A DNA stretch of 61,067 nt, counting the filler, from Basidiobolus ranarum (lineage: Eukaryota): NCBI GenBank assembly GCA_040143965.1. It is 14 parts of 14 records of this genome, joined end to end, with 100 filler letters (N's around TTAATTAATTAA, not from the genome) between each part and the next. Parts side by side here need not be neighbours in the genome. Positions count along the whole stretch, not along the records: positions 35,001 to 39,268 come from JASJQH010002040.1; positions 39,369 to 43,630 come from JASJQH010002041.1; positions 43,731 to 47,991 come from JASJQH010002042.1; positions 48,092 to 52,351 come from JASJQH010002043.1; 10 more parts are not named here. One strand, 5' to 3'. This document shows, in pieces, positions 35,949-48,595 of the stretch (position 1 is its first letter; each line of letters begins with the position of its first letter). A program made the translations under genes and the position numbers. The notes below the pieces were generated by a model, which was given only the letters and a program-made list of their open reading frames with translations, did not search any database and was not told the origin of the DNA.

Positions 35949-38900
35949 CTTGTGTTGTTTGGTTTTGAAAGTCCTCTTCAAGTTTTGGTGAATACGGAGA
36001 TAGCTAGAAGCTAGATGATATGTTGAATATTAGTAAATCCAATGTCTTTTATATCTTCCAAATGGAAAACCAACTCTAACTTCAGGAATGGCTTTACTCT
36101 GTGGTGTAACCAGTGGTATATCCCATTTCTGGGTCTTGTTGCTTCTCTACATTCATACTGTTTGAAAGAAATCCGGCACGGAGCCCGTTGAAAGGTCCAG
36201 TTACTAGGACTACATTTTCAAGTAACCCTGGTATAGGGTCACAAAACTGGCTAAACGCAACGTGAGAAAGAATGAATTGGTTGGATAGATTAAGTATAGA
36301 TTAATGAAATATACATTCTCTCCTAAACCAATTGTCAGGCATGGTATGGGTGCTAATATGTGATGTATATTCCATGTGAGAATGATTCATTGAAAATTGG
36401 GAAATTACGAAGCTACGTGTTAATATACGATAAATTCAAACATGAATCTGACGTTACTAAAGTGAGCTGATTAATAAGTGCTTTAATTTATCGATGGCAC
36501 AAAGGTAATATACGTACAACGGTACTACATATTTCTTCAAAGTATCAACATAATGAATGTACCTGTCGGTCGCCTGTCTAAGGGACGCTATTCCGTTTAT
36601 GGAAAAAAACTGGAATTTCTGGAGTGCACATCCATTCTTCACATCATGAATCTTGCAGTAATTCTGGGCGATAAGATGCATGAAGGGTGTAGAACATTCC
36701 ATGTGTATCTTTCTTTTGGTGATTAGACACGGTCTAGACAATTTCCTTTAGAATATTCAGAAGTTATTCCCATGGATATTTTTAGGTAACTGCTCCAAGA
36801 AGACGCCGCTCCAAAAAGATCCCGCTATGAATGAATCAGGTGTTTATCAGAAAGGCCGTATTCATCTCATGGCTAGTATAGTATCTGAATATGCATTATC
36901 AGTAACCGCAGTGTTGGGTATTATATTAACTAATACCCACGCAGTAAGTCAAATCTATATTCCACATCACACAGTTAGGCAAATATGGTATTTTCTCATT
37001 CAGCCCTACAGATGCCCTCCAATTGTTACTATTATAAGCATAACGAAGTTGAGTTTCGAGTGATTTTTCTATAATAAAACTGAACCTCGGGTGATTAATC
37101 TATAGAGGGTGATTCACTACTGCCATGGAAAAACTACGCATATTAAGCTTGTAACTAAAAGCATTATAATAGAATAATCAAGATGTCATTCTAGAGCATG
37201 TAGAGGCGCGCAGGTCACAGTTTTCATCGATACACGTAAATGATATCTGATCTGAATTCTTGTAACTTCAGTACTTTGTTTTAAGAATTTACCACTACAT
37301 CAACTGTTACTTAGAATGAGCATGCTTATTTGAATGCACCACTCGTTACATAGTACGAGAATACACCACATGGTACCATTGTATGGTTGCTGTACTAAAC
37401 CCTTATATTGCACATTGTTTTTTTAGATCCTGCAGACTGAGTGGGGAAAGTAATAGGTGCACACAAATAACTAACTTCTGAGAAAGTAATACGTACCTAC
37501 AAATTACAAATTCACCTCTGGGGACAACAGATACCTCTAAATTTGTAAGAGTTGAAAACCAATTCAGTATGTTGAAGCTACAGAACCCGCTAATAGATAT
37601 TCTAGACAGAGTCAATAATGTCTGCTCCAAACGAGTTAGTAAAGCAATGGGATGGAACTGGCTATGATGAAATAACTACGAAACATCAAGATATGCATGA
37701 GGTTGGGTTTTTCCAAACATGCGTATTCTATGCCCTTCCAAATTGTACCACCTATTTCATAAAGCCCTAAGCTCAGCATTTTAACCTATGGCTTAAACTG
37801 CCACCAAGAGTATCACAACAATGCCTTGATATCTTTATTAAGACCTCAACAGAATGTACCCTCCTCATTGACCTACTCCGGGTCAACACCTTCTCGAATA
37901 CAATACCGAAAGCATTAGAATATATTGCATTGAACACCTGCACCTACCAATAAAAAATAGAGTCATCACTATTGACTTTTATATCTAAACATCTTTGATT
38001 TCAAATATGTAACCGAACTCCATAAGTAACACTCGTACCAACCGCTTAACCGGTTTTGTTTGTCCGATCACAAGTGTAATTATTCTCAAATTGCAATGTT
38101 AATTTTCATCTTAAATACATATAAATCACGGTATATCCTGTTTACTCGCAAGGGGTAGCTGTGCCTTCTCACTGGATACACTAAGCGAGGATGGCATATT
38201 AGCTTTAGTAATTATATTTCTACCAGTACAAGTACTCAGCAGTGCTCAACATTCAGTTGTAGCACTGAGGATCTCTCTACTGTTTGCACTGAAACTCTTA
38301 CGTTTTAGTGACTTTATGTGGCCAAAGTCAGAATTTCACTTATAGATAATCGTTGGAAGTGAGTGACTCTATACTTATGCAGATGAGTCCAAAGACTCTC
38401 ACATGTGAAATATACAGGCTTAAAAACTAGGTAATAATAAAGTGATAACTAGATATACCTATGGGAAAATACTTTTTTTGGTTTAAATATATAGTATGGA
38501 AGATTTAGACTAAAATGAGCAATTCTATTCCTTGTACCAAGTCTCATTTTGGACTTTAAAATCTTGACTAAATGAGTGAAATGGCATGCAAAATACAACT
38601 GCAAATTTTAAATATGGTTTAAATGTAAGATATCTTTAACTGAATAATGGGTTATTTGATGAGGTGAAAATCTCATTACAGTGTATGTACTCATATTAAT
38701 AGATTTTGACATTGCCTGCTGTGTGTAATTTCAGAGGAATATCTTAGGGGAAGGATGAGTAGCACTTAGTGGTGTGAGCTTTATTTTGCTTATTTACAAA
38801 CCTAAACAAAGTGACAATTAAAACATCATTCTTTGAAGATATTGTGACAATATTGGATTATATCGATACTTAACTTGATGACGAATGTTATCAAGTTCTG

Positions 38901-39001
38901 AGGATGTATACATAGTGATAAGGGGCAAAGGTGGTATGCCCAAAGGAAGGTGCACATTACAAACCAAATTGTATAAGAGAGCATAAAGCTGAAATAATGG
39001 G

Positions 39002-39127
39002 CCCTAACAGAAATTTGAGGATTGTTGTTCGAAGAAAACCATCAAAATTTTGATCCATTTGGGATTGGCCGTTGACTAACTGTCATAAAATTGTCAAGTT
39101 AGATTTGATTTTAATCAATTTTTTCAG
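39002..39127 (+). mobile_element. CACTA/CMC-type terminus (CCCTAACAGAAATTTGAGG)
   Basis: Matches 3556-3680 and the reverse complement of 600-726. Confidence 0.7.
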
Positions 39128-39499
39128 AGCATTGCTGGAAGAGAGGTAGAAGTAGTGCTTGTTGTGTCCAAGAGAAAAGTGGATAAAAAGTCTTGAACTT
39201 TACTGAACCAAAGAAACAGTTAAGTGCAGAATCTTAGAACTGTTTAAGCAGGATATATAAGCAGAGCANNNNNNNNNNNNNNNNNNNNNNNNNNNNNNNN
39301 NNNNNNNNNNNNTTAATTAATTAANNNNNNNNNNNNNNNNNNNNNNNNNNNNNNNNNNNNNNNNNNNNGTGAGTCTCTTTTTAAAAACATATTTACTTTT
39401 GGCGTGCGTATAACTGATACCACGTCATTATTTTTACCTTTGACTTTACAGATCTGACTCTGGAAATATAGATCTTTGTAATGGCATGAAGAATTTGGT

Positions 39500-40680
39500 A
39501 AGTGGGACAGTGGAGCCTAAACTCACTGGCTCCTTTGCTTCCCCCTATGGTTTCATCACTTCCTGCTCCTTGAGTACTTCTTTAGCTGCTTTTCTTTCTT
39601 TTCCAAGTCAATATTTGCATACATTTTTGAGATGTTTCATGAATAGGGCTATCTTGTACATTTTTGAGATATTTCATGAACAGGTGTATACTAGCCCAAT
39701 TGCCATTTGCTTGCAAAAACCCAGGATAAGTCAAGAACCTTCAGAGTAACACTGTGTTTGGTTTTTCCACAATTGGCTCAAATCCAGGTGATTTTGGGCA
39801 AGATTCTGTACAGTTTCCAAAATGTTGAACCACTCATCATCAGAGCAAGTGACAGCAGCTCTGACATCCAGGGTCCTCTGGTTTGCTGGTTTTCCAATAA
39901 GATATCTCCCTGCATGTGCCCAAGCAATTTGTGGGTTGTTTGGCAGGCTAAGTGGTCCAACACACATTGTGCTCTACTAGATTGTCAAGGAGGCATTCAT
40001 ATATATGGTATGAGATTGATTAAAGTCCCATATGAGAATGGATAGAGGAAGCAGCATGTTACTCTAGCTCATGTACAGCATTGTGAAGGTCTTGTATGAT
40101 TGTTAAGTCACTCTCTTACTGTTGACTAGTTGTTTCAGAACACTGCAGCAATTGCAATATTGTGGCATTATTGCTTGTTATGGCTGATATAGCCACTTTT
40201 AGTTTTTACTTATGATTGCATACCAATCATTATGGTGTTCTGCATAAGATTCCCATGTTGTAAAACCTTGGTCCACATTTCCTATTGTGGGGCATTGAAT
40301 AGTTGGCAAAGTAGCTAGTTTGGAAGTTGTTGGTCATGATAGTGTTTTGGCTAAACTTTGCTCAACTATTGTTATACTACATAATTGGGGGATTATAATC
40401 ACTTCACTTGTGGAATTACTGTCAAGGAACACATCTGGTTAACTGATTAATGCTTCATCATTACTTGTGTTGGTTTCCAGCATGTTAATGCCTTCCAAAA
40501 CAGAGAGTGGATTACTAAACTTCTCATAAATTAAGTTCTCTCTTGTTGCTGGTTTTTTTCCTTTTGTGCCAGCAGGCTATTGCTTGGAAGCCAATCTTGA
40601 TGTAGATTTGTAATGCTTTTTGAATGGCATTGAAATACTCAGGAAGTAAACTTGGTGTAATGAAATTGCATAGAAACAGC
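39500..40680 (-). pseudogene. Decayed accessory ORF associated with CACTA elements
   Basis: 40050-40680 aligns with 59330-59959; both copies lie beside the Tnp2-like transposase and are CpG-depleted with stops. Confidence 0.5.
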
Positions 40681-41309
40681 TTATGATGAACCAAAATTGG
40701 CATCCTTTACATGATATCACTTGCAAATCCCCTGATGACTCACCCATGACACCATCTCAGAATCAGCTGATGATACTGATAAGATATACCTAAAATACCA
40801 TCCTTATGTAGGAGGCTTTGTTTCTTCTACAATATCCTTCTCAAGCCACAACATAAATGTTTAAAGCAGCCCTGCAATTATTGTCACCAATTCTTGTACT
40901 ATGAGAGCTGGAGACTTCACAGAAAAAACAATCACAAACATGGTCCCTGTACAAAGCCACCAGCTGCACAAAGCCTGATGAATATTAACAGCAATAAGTT
41001 CACAAAAGCAACTTTGGTTTAACCCACTGAGTTCATTAACTGTGCTTCACCTCAAAATTTTGGTAAGACTCCTGAAAGTCAAGATATGGTGAAGTTACCA
41101 CAGTTATATGACCTGAATTATGTAGGTAAAAATGCAAATTTGGTCTAACTGGTAAATCTGGACAACTTTGAGAACATACTTTTATATGTAGACATTGGTT
41201 ATTCCAGTACTGATGGTAGTATATCTGAAGCTGAAGAAAATGACCATGATTTTGTTGTGGACTCTTTGTTATAGGCAAGCAATAGTCTACTCACAACACT
41301 GACAGTAAA

Positions 41310-42910
41310 GGAAGCAGCTTTATTTGTCAAGGAGTGGACAATTCAGTCCAATCTTAGCAACTAGGTGTTAGATCATTGGTGCAGGACCAAAGTACACACC
41401 ATAAAGCTGATGGTATTACCAATTTATTTGATGGTTATCTTTACCAGAATCTGAAAAGTCAAGGGTTCTTTGAGAACATATATGATCATGTGTTTGCATA
41501 GGCTCTGGATGGTTTCTCACTAAACATATACATTAGAGAAAAGGCTTGCTGGTCAATAATTTAATTAACTTAGATCTTTCTCCTTTTGAATAGTACGATA
41601 GTTATAATATTTTGATACTATCCATGACATTGGAATCCAAATCACTAGTGCCTATAGTTATTCTCTTGAAGCCTTATATTGTAGAATTGGAATGGTTATA
41701 TAACCAGGAACAGATGGGTGAATGAATTTTAAAGCTAAAATCATTGTGTGTATTGATGGCACTCTGGCCGTTGGTCAACTTAGAGGTTTTTACAAGTTTA
41801 ATGCAAAATCTTGCTGTTGATTTTGTTAAATCAATGAAGCTTACTCTACCAAACATATGCATTCCTACTATCCAAATACAACACTAAGCTTCATGATTCT
41901 ACCATCAAGAAACTGGTAACTTGTTAACATGCTCACTGATATCAATTCACCAAATGGTCAGTCTAGCATCAAATTTAGGATTAGCTGTAAGCCTAGGATT
42001 ATATTGCTAAAGAGGATCAGCTGGAGCCAGAGCTTTCCAATAGGCATTATGCACTTACTATTCAGCAACATTCCAATACTACTTACTCTGCTATTTAGTG
42101 GAAAATTTAATACAAATGAGCCATTCTAGATGGGATCAAAGTTTGTATTGATTGGGAAAATGCTTGCAAATGTCAAGATACCATCATATTTTACTAGGAT
42201 TCCCATAAACATCCACTCACCCAGGTGCTTGTTCAACCACAAAGACTGGAAGTATTGGATTTGTGTTTATTTAAGTTGAGTCTTGCAAAGATTTCTGCCT
42301 GAAGAGTTTTGGAAAAATTAGGAGTTAGTGGTAGATATTGTTAATATTAACATATGACATCAATGCACATTTGCAGATTGCAGGCAGATTCAGTGATCGT
42401 GCAAAGATTTTGTAAGTGGATATGAGAACCTTTGTTATATGTTTAAAGAGGATAGACTAAATTTTTGCCAGTATTCAACACATTCCCTGCCACATTGCTA
42501 ACAATGTTTAGAGATTATAGGCCCTTACTATACATTCTGGGAGTTCCCAATGGAACACACCAGTGGTGAAATGATGCTTTGCATGAAATTGTCAGTATTA
42601 CTTTGTGCTAATCTGATTACCAATGTATCAGCAAAATTGGTGATGGCTGTACTGTAATGGGTGAAGGAGACTCCAGAGTATATGAATCTTCCAACAAAGG
42701 GCTCTTTTTAATGTGCTCATGGGTTTTGCATTATTTGAGCACAGTAACAGCAGCAAAACCCAATCTGTAGAAGCAGAGTCAGTATCTCTATAATTCGGCT
42801 AATTTGATTGCATGATATTCTGACAGTATTTCTAAGAAAGCTGCACAACAGACTTCTTGGCAAGATACATCAAGATGCACAGTATTGTTTTAGCCATGGG
42901 GTTTTCTATT
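41310..42910 (+). mobile_element. Degenerate CACTA/EnSpm (Transposase_21/Tnp2-like) transposase
   Basis: Collinear with 56811-58700: ADGITNLFDGY..ALDGFS..ACW, SFPIGIMHLLFSN, KDWKYWI, WEFPMEH. Confidence 0.85.
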
Positions 42911-43630
42911 AAACTTGCTTCTTTGGACCAGGTCAGATTGAGCTGCTTGATCCAGCCTGCTAGTACACCATCTGGTGCAATCTGTCAATTACCATGGCTA
43001 GGTCCTATAACACTTGATTGGACACTATAAGGAACAATATGGCACTATCCCACCACAATTGGACACAATGATTTTATTGGAGTTATTGTGCCAGCCCGTA
43101 CCAAGTTACCCAATTTAGTATTGCTGAATTACAATTTTGGGTAATTGACAAAGTAAGTTCATCCCCTGGTTTGTAACTTACAAATTACTGAATGTGTAAC
43201 AATAAACAATTTATACCATAACTTACCCAATCAAATGTATAACCAAGACATTCACATGTTTTTAGGCCAATCATTTGTCCCTGACTAACACAGTATTCTG
43301 AATTTCAATTGGGCACAACAGCTCCTGCATTACAAAACACCACTAGTTTTGGCACACTGGTGACAAATCACAGCACTCAATGATGGATCAATCTGCAGTA
43401 TAATAGTAGTGATCAGGATCACCTGATTCATCATTTTTAGATCAGCAAATTATTCAATCAATCATGTAAGCTTCTAATTGGGTGAAAATGTGAATAGATT
43501 GAGCCATATCAAGCCAATACGGCTGCACAAGCTTTTTATTGACAGATATTGCTCATTTGATTGTAGTGAAATAGTTTGAATTAATAGGCTATCATTCATT
43601 TTTTTGATATATGACAATTTCACACTATCA
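42911..43630 (+). mobile_element. Longer non-autonomous element of the GGACTTGTTCCA family inserted in the CACTA transposase
   Basis: Starts with degenerate TIR AAACTTGCTTC right after ATT. 42911-43346 is the reverse complement of 1-433. The homologous transposase at ~58699 continues uninterrupted after GCTATT. Right boundary not seen. Confidence 0.72.
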
Positions 43631-43730
43631 NNNNNNNNNNNNNNNNNNNNNNNNNNNNNNNNNNNNNNNNNNNNTTAATTAATTAANNNNNNNNNNNNNN
43701 NNNNNNNNNNNNNNNNNNNNNNNNNNNNNN

Positions 43731-45118
43731 GTAACCTTGTCACTAACGGAAGGCTTATAGGTAGTAGTATGCTTGTTAATCACGGTAGACCGATCAGTTA
43801 CAGTAGCAATGTGGGTAACAGTAGACTTGTCCGTGATGGTAACTTTGGTAGTTTCAGCGGGCTTGTGAGTCTTAGTAGAATGGTGATGGTGGGTCTTGCT
43901 AGACTTGGCAGATTCAGTAGATTTATCGCTTACAGTAGACTTATGAGCCTCAGTAGATTTATCGCTTACAGTTGGCTTAGTAGTATCGGAAGATTTGTCA
44001 CTGGAGGTAGACTTGTTGCTTACAGTGGGCTTAGCATTCTCACTAGATTTGTTGGTAGCGGTGGTCTTATGAACCTCGCTAGATTTGTCAGTAGCAGTAG
44101 ACTTGTGAGCTTCAGAAGACTTGTCGGTAGTGGTGGACTTATGAGCCTCACTAGATCTGTCAGTAGCGGTGGACTTATGAGCTTCAGTAGATTTGTTGGT
44201 GGTAGTGGACTTATGGGCCTCAGTAGATTTGTCAGTAGCAGTGGATTTATGAGCCTCAGTAGATTTCTCAGTAGCGCTAGACTTATGAACTTCACTAGAT
44301 TTGTCGGTAGCACTGGATTCATGAGCCTCGCTGGACTTTTCAGTAGCGGTGGACTTATGAACTTCAGTAGATTTGTCACCTACAGTGGGCTCAGCGGTCC
44401 CAGTGGATTTGTCACTAGTGGTAGTCTTATGAGACTCAGTAGATTTTTCACTATCAGTAGACTTGTGAGCTTCACTAGACTTGTCGCTTGCAGTGGGCTT
44501 ATGAGTCTCACTAGATTTTCCACGAGCAGTTGACTTAGGGGACTCACTAAATTTATCACTTGCACTGGGTTTGTGAGTCTCGGTGGATTTATCATTTACA
44601 GTAGACTTAGCAGATTCAGTAGGTTTGTCACTAGCGGTGAGCTTGGGAGACTCAGTGGACTTAGTACCGGCGCTGGCAGTTGACTTAGCAGATTTGGTAA
44701 GTTTGTCACTAGTAGTGAGCTTGGGTGACTCGGTGGACTTAGCACTGGCGCTGGCAGTTGACTTGGGAGACTGAGTAGGTTTGAGGTCATTCTTATGTGC
44801 ATTGTACCAGTTGCAAATAGGTGTTTCGAGATTTTTTGCTGCTGAAATATCCTTAGAAGTACATTTCGATATTGCAAAACACTTGGAACTACTACTCAAG
44901 AATGCGGTGGTTTTAGCATCACCATCACAGAGGCAAGCAAGAGATGGAATAAAGTCGACATTGGTTGAATCTTCCGTATATTGAGCAAAGCATTGTTTAC
45001 CAGCATGTACAGTACAAGAAGTTACACAATCACTGGGTGATGCATAAGGGAAATCAGTGGAAGCAGAGACAACAGTTGCGACAGCAATGCTGACTAAAAG
45101 TTTAGTTGCAAAATACAT
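43731..45118 (-). CDS. Secreted/cell-surface protein: 8-Cys CFEM-like domain plus Ser/Thr/Lys/His 12-aa repeat stalk, 3'-truncated
   Basis: Signal peptide MYFATKLLVSIAVATVVSA; C-x3-C-x7-C-x18-CxC-x15-C-x5-C-x15-C; then many DKS(S/T)E(A/V)HKST(A/T)T units (36 bp). Confidence 0.82.
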
Positions 45119-46083
45119 TGTTATGATGAAGAGTTTGATAATGTTTTTAATTGAAATATCTGAGAATATTTATATAGTTTACAAACTTTCGACATGGGGA
45201 AACTTGTGGTCGAAGTTCCCATAGTAAAATAAACTTGCTACTAGGGGAATCCTGGAACGAAGAAGTGGCAAATACTATCCAATAAAGTAAAAATAATGCC
45301 TGCAGTTTCATACCCATAGCTGAAATCAAGAAGTTTTCTAATTTTAGATTACACATTGAGTAGATAGCGATGAGAAGACTAGTTGATAAATATACAATTC
45401 AAGTTGCGGATAATTCGAACCCTACAAAAATGACAAATATATAGCGATATTGATTAGTTGATGAATTTTTCCTTTCTCGATTAGCACAGAGCATCCCAAT
45501 ATGAGAGAATCTATCTATGTGTAGTATATTTAGAGTTGGGTTTGTTCAGTTTATATATTAACATTACGACTGAGGTAAGTTATTCTCTACTATTACTGAA
45601 CTTTAGTCTCGGATTTCTACTTCTTACTTAGAATTCCAGCTGTAGCGGAATAACTATCACCGATCTCAGTACAAGTCAGGCGCTGTGAAGCTTCTCTACA
45701 CCTATGGCGCCATTTTTTCCTTTTGTGATAGTGCATAATTTATTAGTTAATTGCAATGCAGAAATGCGATCACTTGAATGACGTCAGAGTTCCTATTTCA
45801 CAATAAGATTCAATCATAACTTGATGTTACGACTCTTTGCTGATAAAAAGGATATCGACGAGTCTGTTCCATTAGTATAAGCTCAAGCTAGCTGAAAAGG
45901 GTTGACAAGTACTCTGCCTCTTGAGAAGAATACTGATGTTCCTTTCTTGGTGGTATGTCTGTTGCTCTTTAGCATTAGGTTTAGCCTGAATAAGAAAATA
46001 TTTCTCTGGGAAAAAATTTAAACAATTGTAAAATGAATAATTCATGACCAATGATACTCACTGGATGAGTGTTAGGCTATAAA

Positions 46084-47387
46084 TGTTGAAATTAGCATTG
46101 AACATCTATATAGTCACATACAGCTGGTATTTAATTATGTTATATTTCACTAAGATATTACCAATTATTCTCATGAGGAATTTACTTACAATATTATAAC
46201 CAACTTAGAAGTTCTCAGGTATAAACATCTTGTAAACTTGTGCAGGAGGCCCCAAAATCTACACTCATGTTCCTGGGACATTTCTTAACATATTCTACAT
46301 ATATATTTTGCTTACAACGTGACAAAAGTATATATGTTAACATTATACTTAATCAATATGTGAACACAGCATTACTCTAATTCTCCTAACTACTTCCAAC
46401 AGTCTCCCAAAATACTTTTACTGGCTATGAGCCCCAAGCTTGCACTCTCTATAATGACTACTTCAAAAATTTCTGGAACTTTTCCCTCTTCTGATAAATT
46501 GAATAGATCCAATTATCAATTTTGGAAAATGAAAATGAAAATGCTGCTGCAAGAAAAAGGACTTTGGGACACTGTTGTAGGAGAAGAAAACAACACAAAA
46601 CTATCTGAAGCCAAAGTTTTGCTCCAGGTTAAAAACAAACCAAGTGCCTTTGACATCATTTGTATCAATGTTTAAGACAAATTGCTAATATAATGTCTGA
46701 GAGCAAAACCTATCAAGAAGGTCTGGAAATCCTTTGAAGACACCAACCAAACATGCTCTGCTGCCAACAAGATGCTTCCAAGAAGACAATTCTTTAACTT
46801 AAAGATCAAGCAAGGACAAGACATTAAATCACTGTTTAATAGCATCACTATTTCAGTCAATGAAATGAAATGCCTTGATTGACCTACTATTCATCAGTAT
46901 ATCATAGTTACAGTCCTGAATAGCCTGCCACACATGTTTCAAAGCCTAGTAATGGCTCTATATTCAAGAACCAAAAGTTTGACATTTAATTAAGTAGAGA
47001 GCAGATTCCTAGATCAATATTTATGCAAATAAGGATCCAATAAGTGAACAAAGAAATTGCTTTAATGTGCTATCGAAGACCTTCCTATAAAGGTCAAGAG
47101 CTCTTTAAGAAGAATAACAACAGATTATGTGATTACTATCAAAGAACTGGTCATTTGAGCAAAGTCTGCTTTAAAAGATTTGCAACAGAAAATCATACTG
47201 AATCTGTATATGTAGTTACAACAGATGATCACTTGTCAGTATCTGCTCTTTCTATGACTACCAACAAGGATTCTCAGATGTGGTAAATTGATTCTGAAGC
47301 CTCCCAACATTTCACAAATGAAAAACAATGGCTTGTTGATTATGAAGAAATCCTAGTCATAAAGGCTTTCATGCAAGATGACCATAT
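46084..47387 (+). mobile_element. Ty1/copia 5' end: LTR family A (46084-46422), PBS GGCTATGAGCCC, degenerate gag-protease
   Basis: Collinear with 29444-30530; DKLNRSNYQFWK, KGLWDTV, CDYYQRTGHLSKVC, protease W*IDS*ASQH. Confidence 0.92.
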
Positions 47388-47739
47388 CCCAACAAAAATA
47401 AAATCAATTTGATTGAAATTGGGGCCAACTTTCTGGAGCACAAAACCAACAGCGGACCATCACAATATCAAAGGTTTGCACTCTGCCAGAGATTTTAATG
47501 GTATGATGGTGGCTTCTTAGTGGTATTTTGGTGTTAATCACCCAAACAAAATATTTATCTTATATATATGGCTTGTATTATTCAATTTCCTACAATTTTT
47601 AGAAAAACCAATTTTGAAATAGCATAATACTGGGTTTACTGATATGGGAATTTGAATTAATAGGCATGCTTTTATTTAGATATAGTTGGCTTTGTATTCC
47701 AGCCCTAATGTGAATCAAAAGATCAAAGGTTCTTGTTTA
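47388..47739. mobile_element. Possible small TIR element (CCCAACAA... / ...TTCTTGTTT) interrupting copia
   Basis: Copia frame ends at 47387. The segment starts CCCAACAAAAAT and ends TTCTTGTTTA, and a similar CTAAACAAGAAT interrupts copia RT at ~23303. TIR match is imperfect. Confidence 0.35.
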
Positions 47740-47991
47740 TGTTGAAATTAGCATTGCCTAAGCACCTATATAGTCATATATAGCTTAGTACTTAGTTATC
47801 TTATGATTCACTAAGATATCATCCATTATTCTCAATTGGAATTTATTTAGAATATTTTCACCAACTTGGATGTTCTTGGATATATGGATTTTTCAAACTT
47901 GCGCTAGAAGCCCCAAACTTTGCACACATGTACCTGAGACCTATCTGAACACATTCTACACATTAGTTTGCTTACATCTTGACAAAACTAT
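47740..47991 (+). repeat. Copia LTR family A (truncated by contig end)
   Basis: TGTTGAAATTAGCATTGCCTAAGCACCTATATAGTC... Confidence 0.88.
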
Positions 47992-48091
47992 NNNNNNNNN
48001 NNNNNNNNNNNNNNNNNNNNNNNNNNNNNNNNNNNTTAATTAATTAANNNNNNNNNNNNNNNNNNNNNNNNNNNNNNNNNNNNNNNNNNNN

Positions 48092-48595
48092 GTTATGTCT
48101 CTGATCTTTTTCAATCAAAGCCTGTCCATACTATTTCAATAGTATACGTATATATTAATTAGTTCAAAGTGAGATATCACTATAAGAGATCATTTGTTCA
48201 CTATTTAAGGCTTACGTAGTAATATCCTTTCACTATTGAAACGAAAAGAAAACGGATTATTAAACGGCTTATACTCTCATTTGTAGACGTATATTTAGAG
48301 TAAATACCCGAGTTTGGATCCAACTCCATGGCTTTCTCACAATCATCAATTACAGAATCCCATTTCTTCAACTTCATGTAGGTTAAAGCTCGATTGGTAT
48401 AATAAATGGCAGTACTAGGGGATTTTATCTGTGGTATCCCCCAAAGTTATAAGTCACTTGTTTAAACCATAAAATCTAGGAAATACCCTGAAATAAATAA
48501 TACTTTACGATAGCTTTAGTATACTCTTGAATGGCCTCCTCATACTTTCCTTGAGCATACAAGGAATTTCCGCGAACTTTGTGAAGTTCTGCCAT
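48092..48595 (-). CDS. STUB1: TPR protein, CHIP/STUB1-like N-terminus (4 exons visible), 3'-truncated
   Basis: MAELHKVRGNSLYAQGKYEEAIQEYTKAI / IKSPSTAIYYTNRALTYMKLKKWDSVIDDCEKAMELDPNS / VKGYY / YGQALIEK with GT-AG introns. The U-box is not visible. Confidence 0.72.

Noticed and set aside
33863-35981. Convergent Cu-ATPase and oxidase as a possible gene cluster
   Set aside because: They lie on different contigs separated by the 34901-35000 spacer.
43769-44533. 254-aa plus-strand ORF and other overlapping ORFs
   Set aside because: Antisense or off-frame shadows of the repeat-rich gene on the minus strand.
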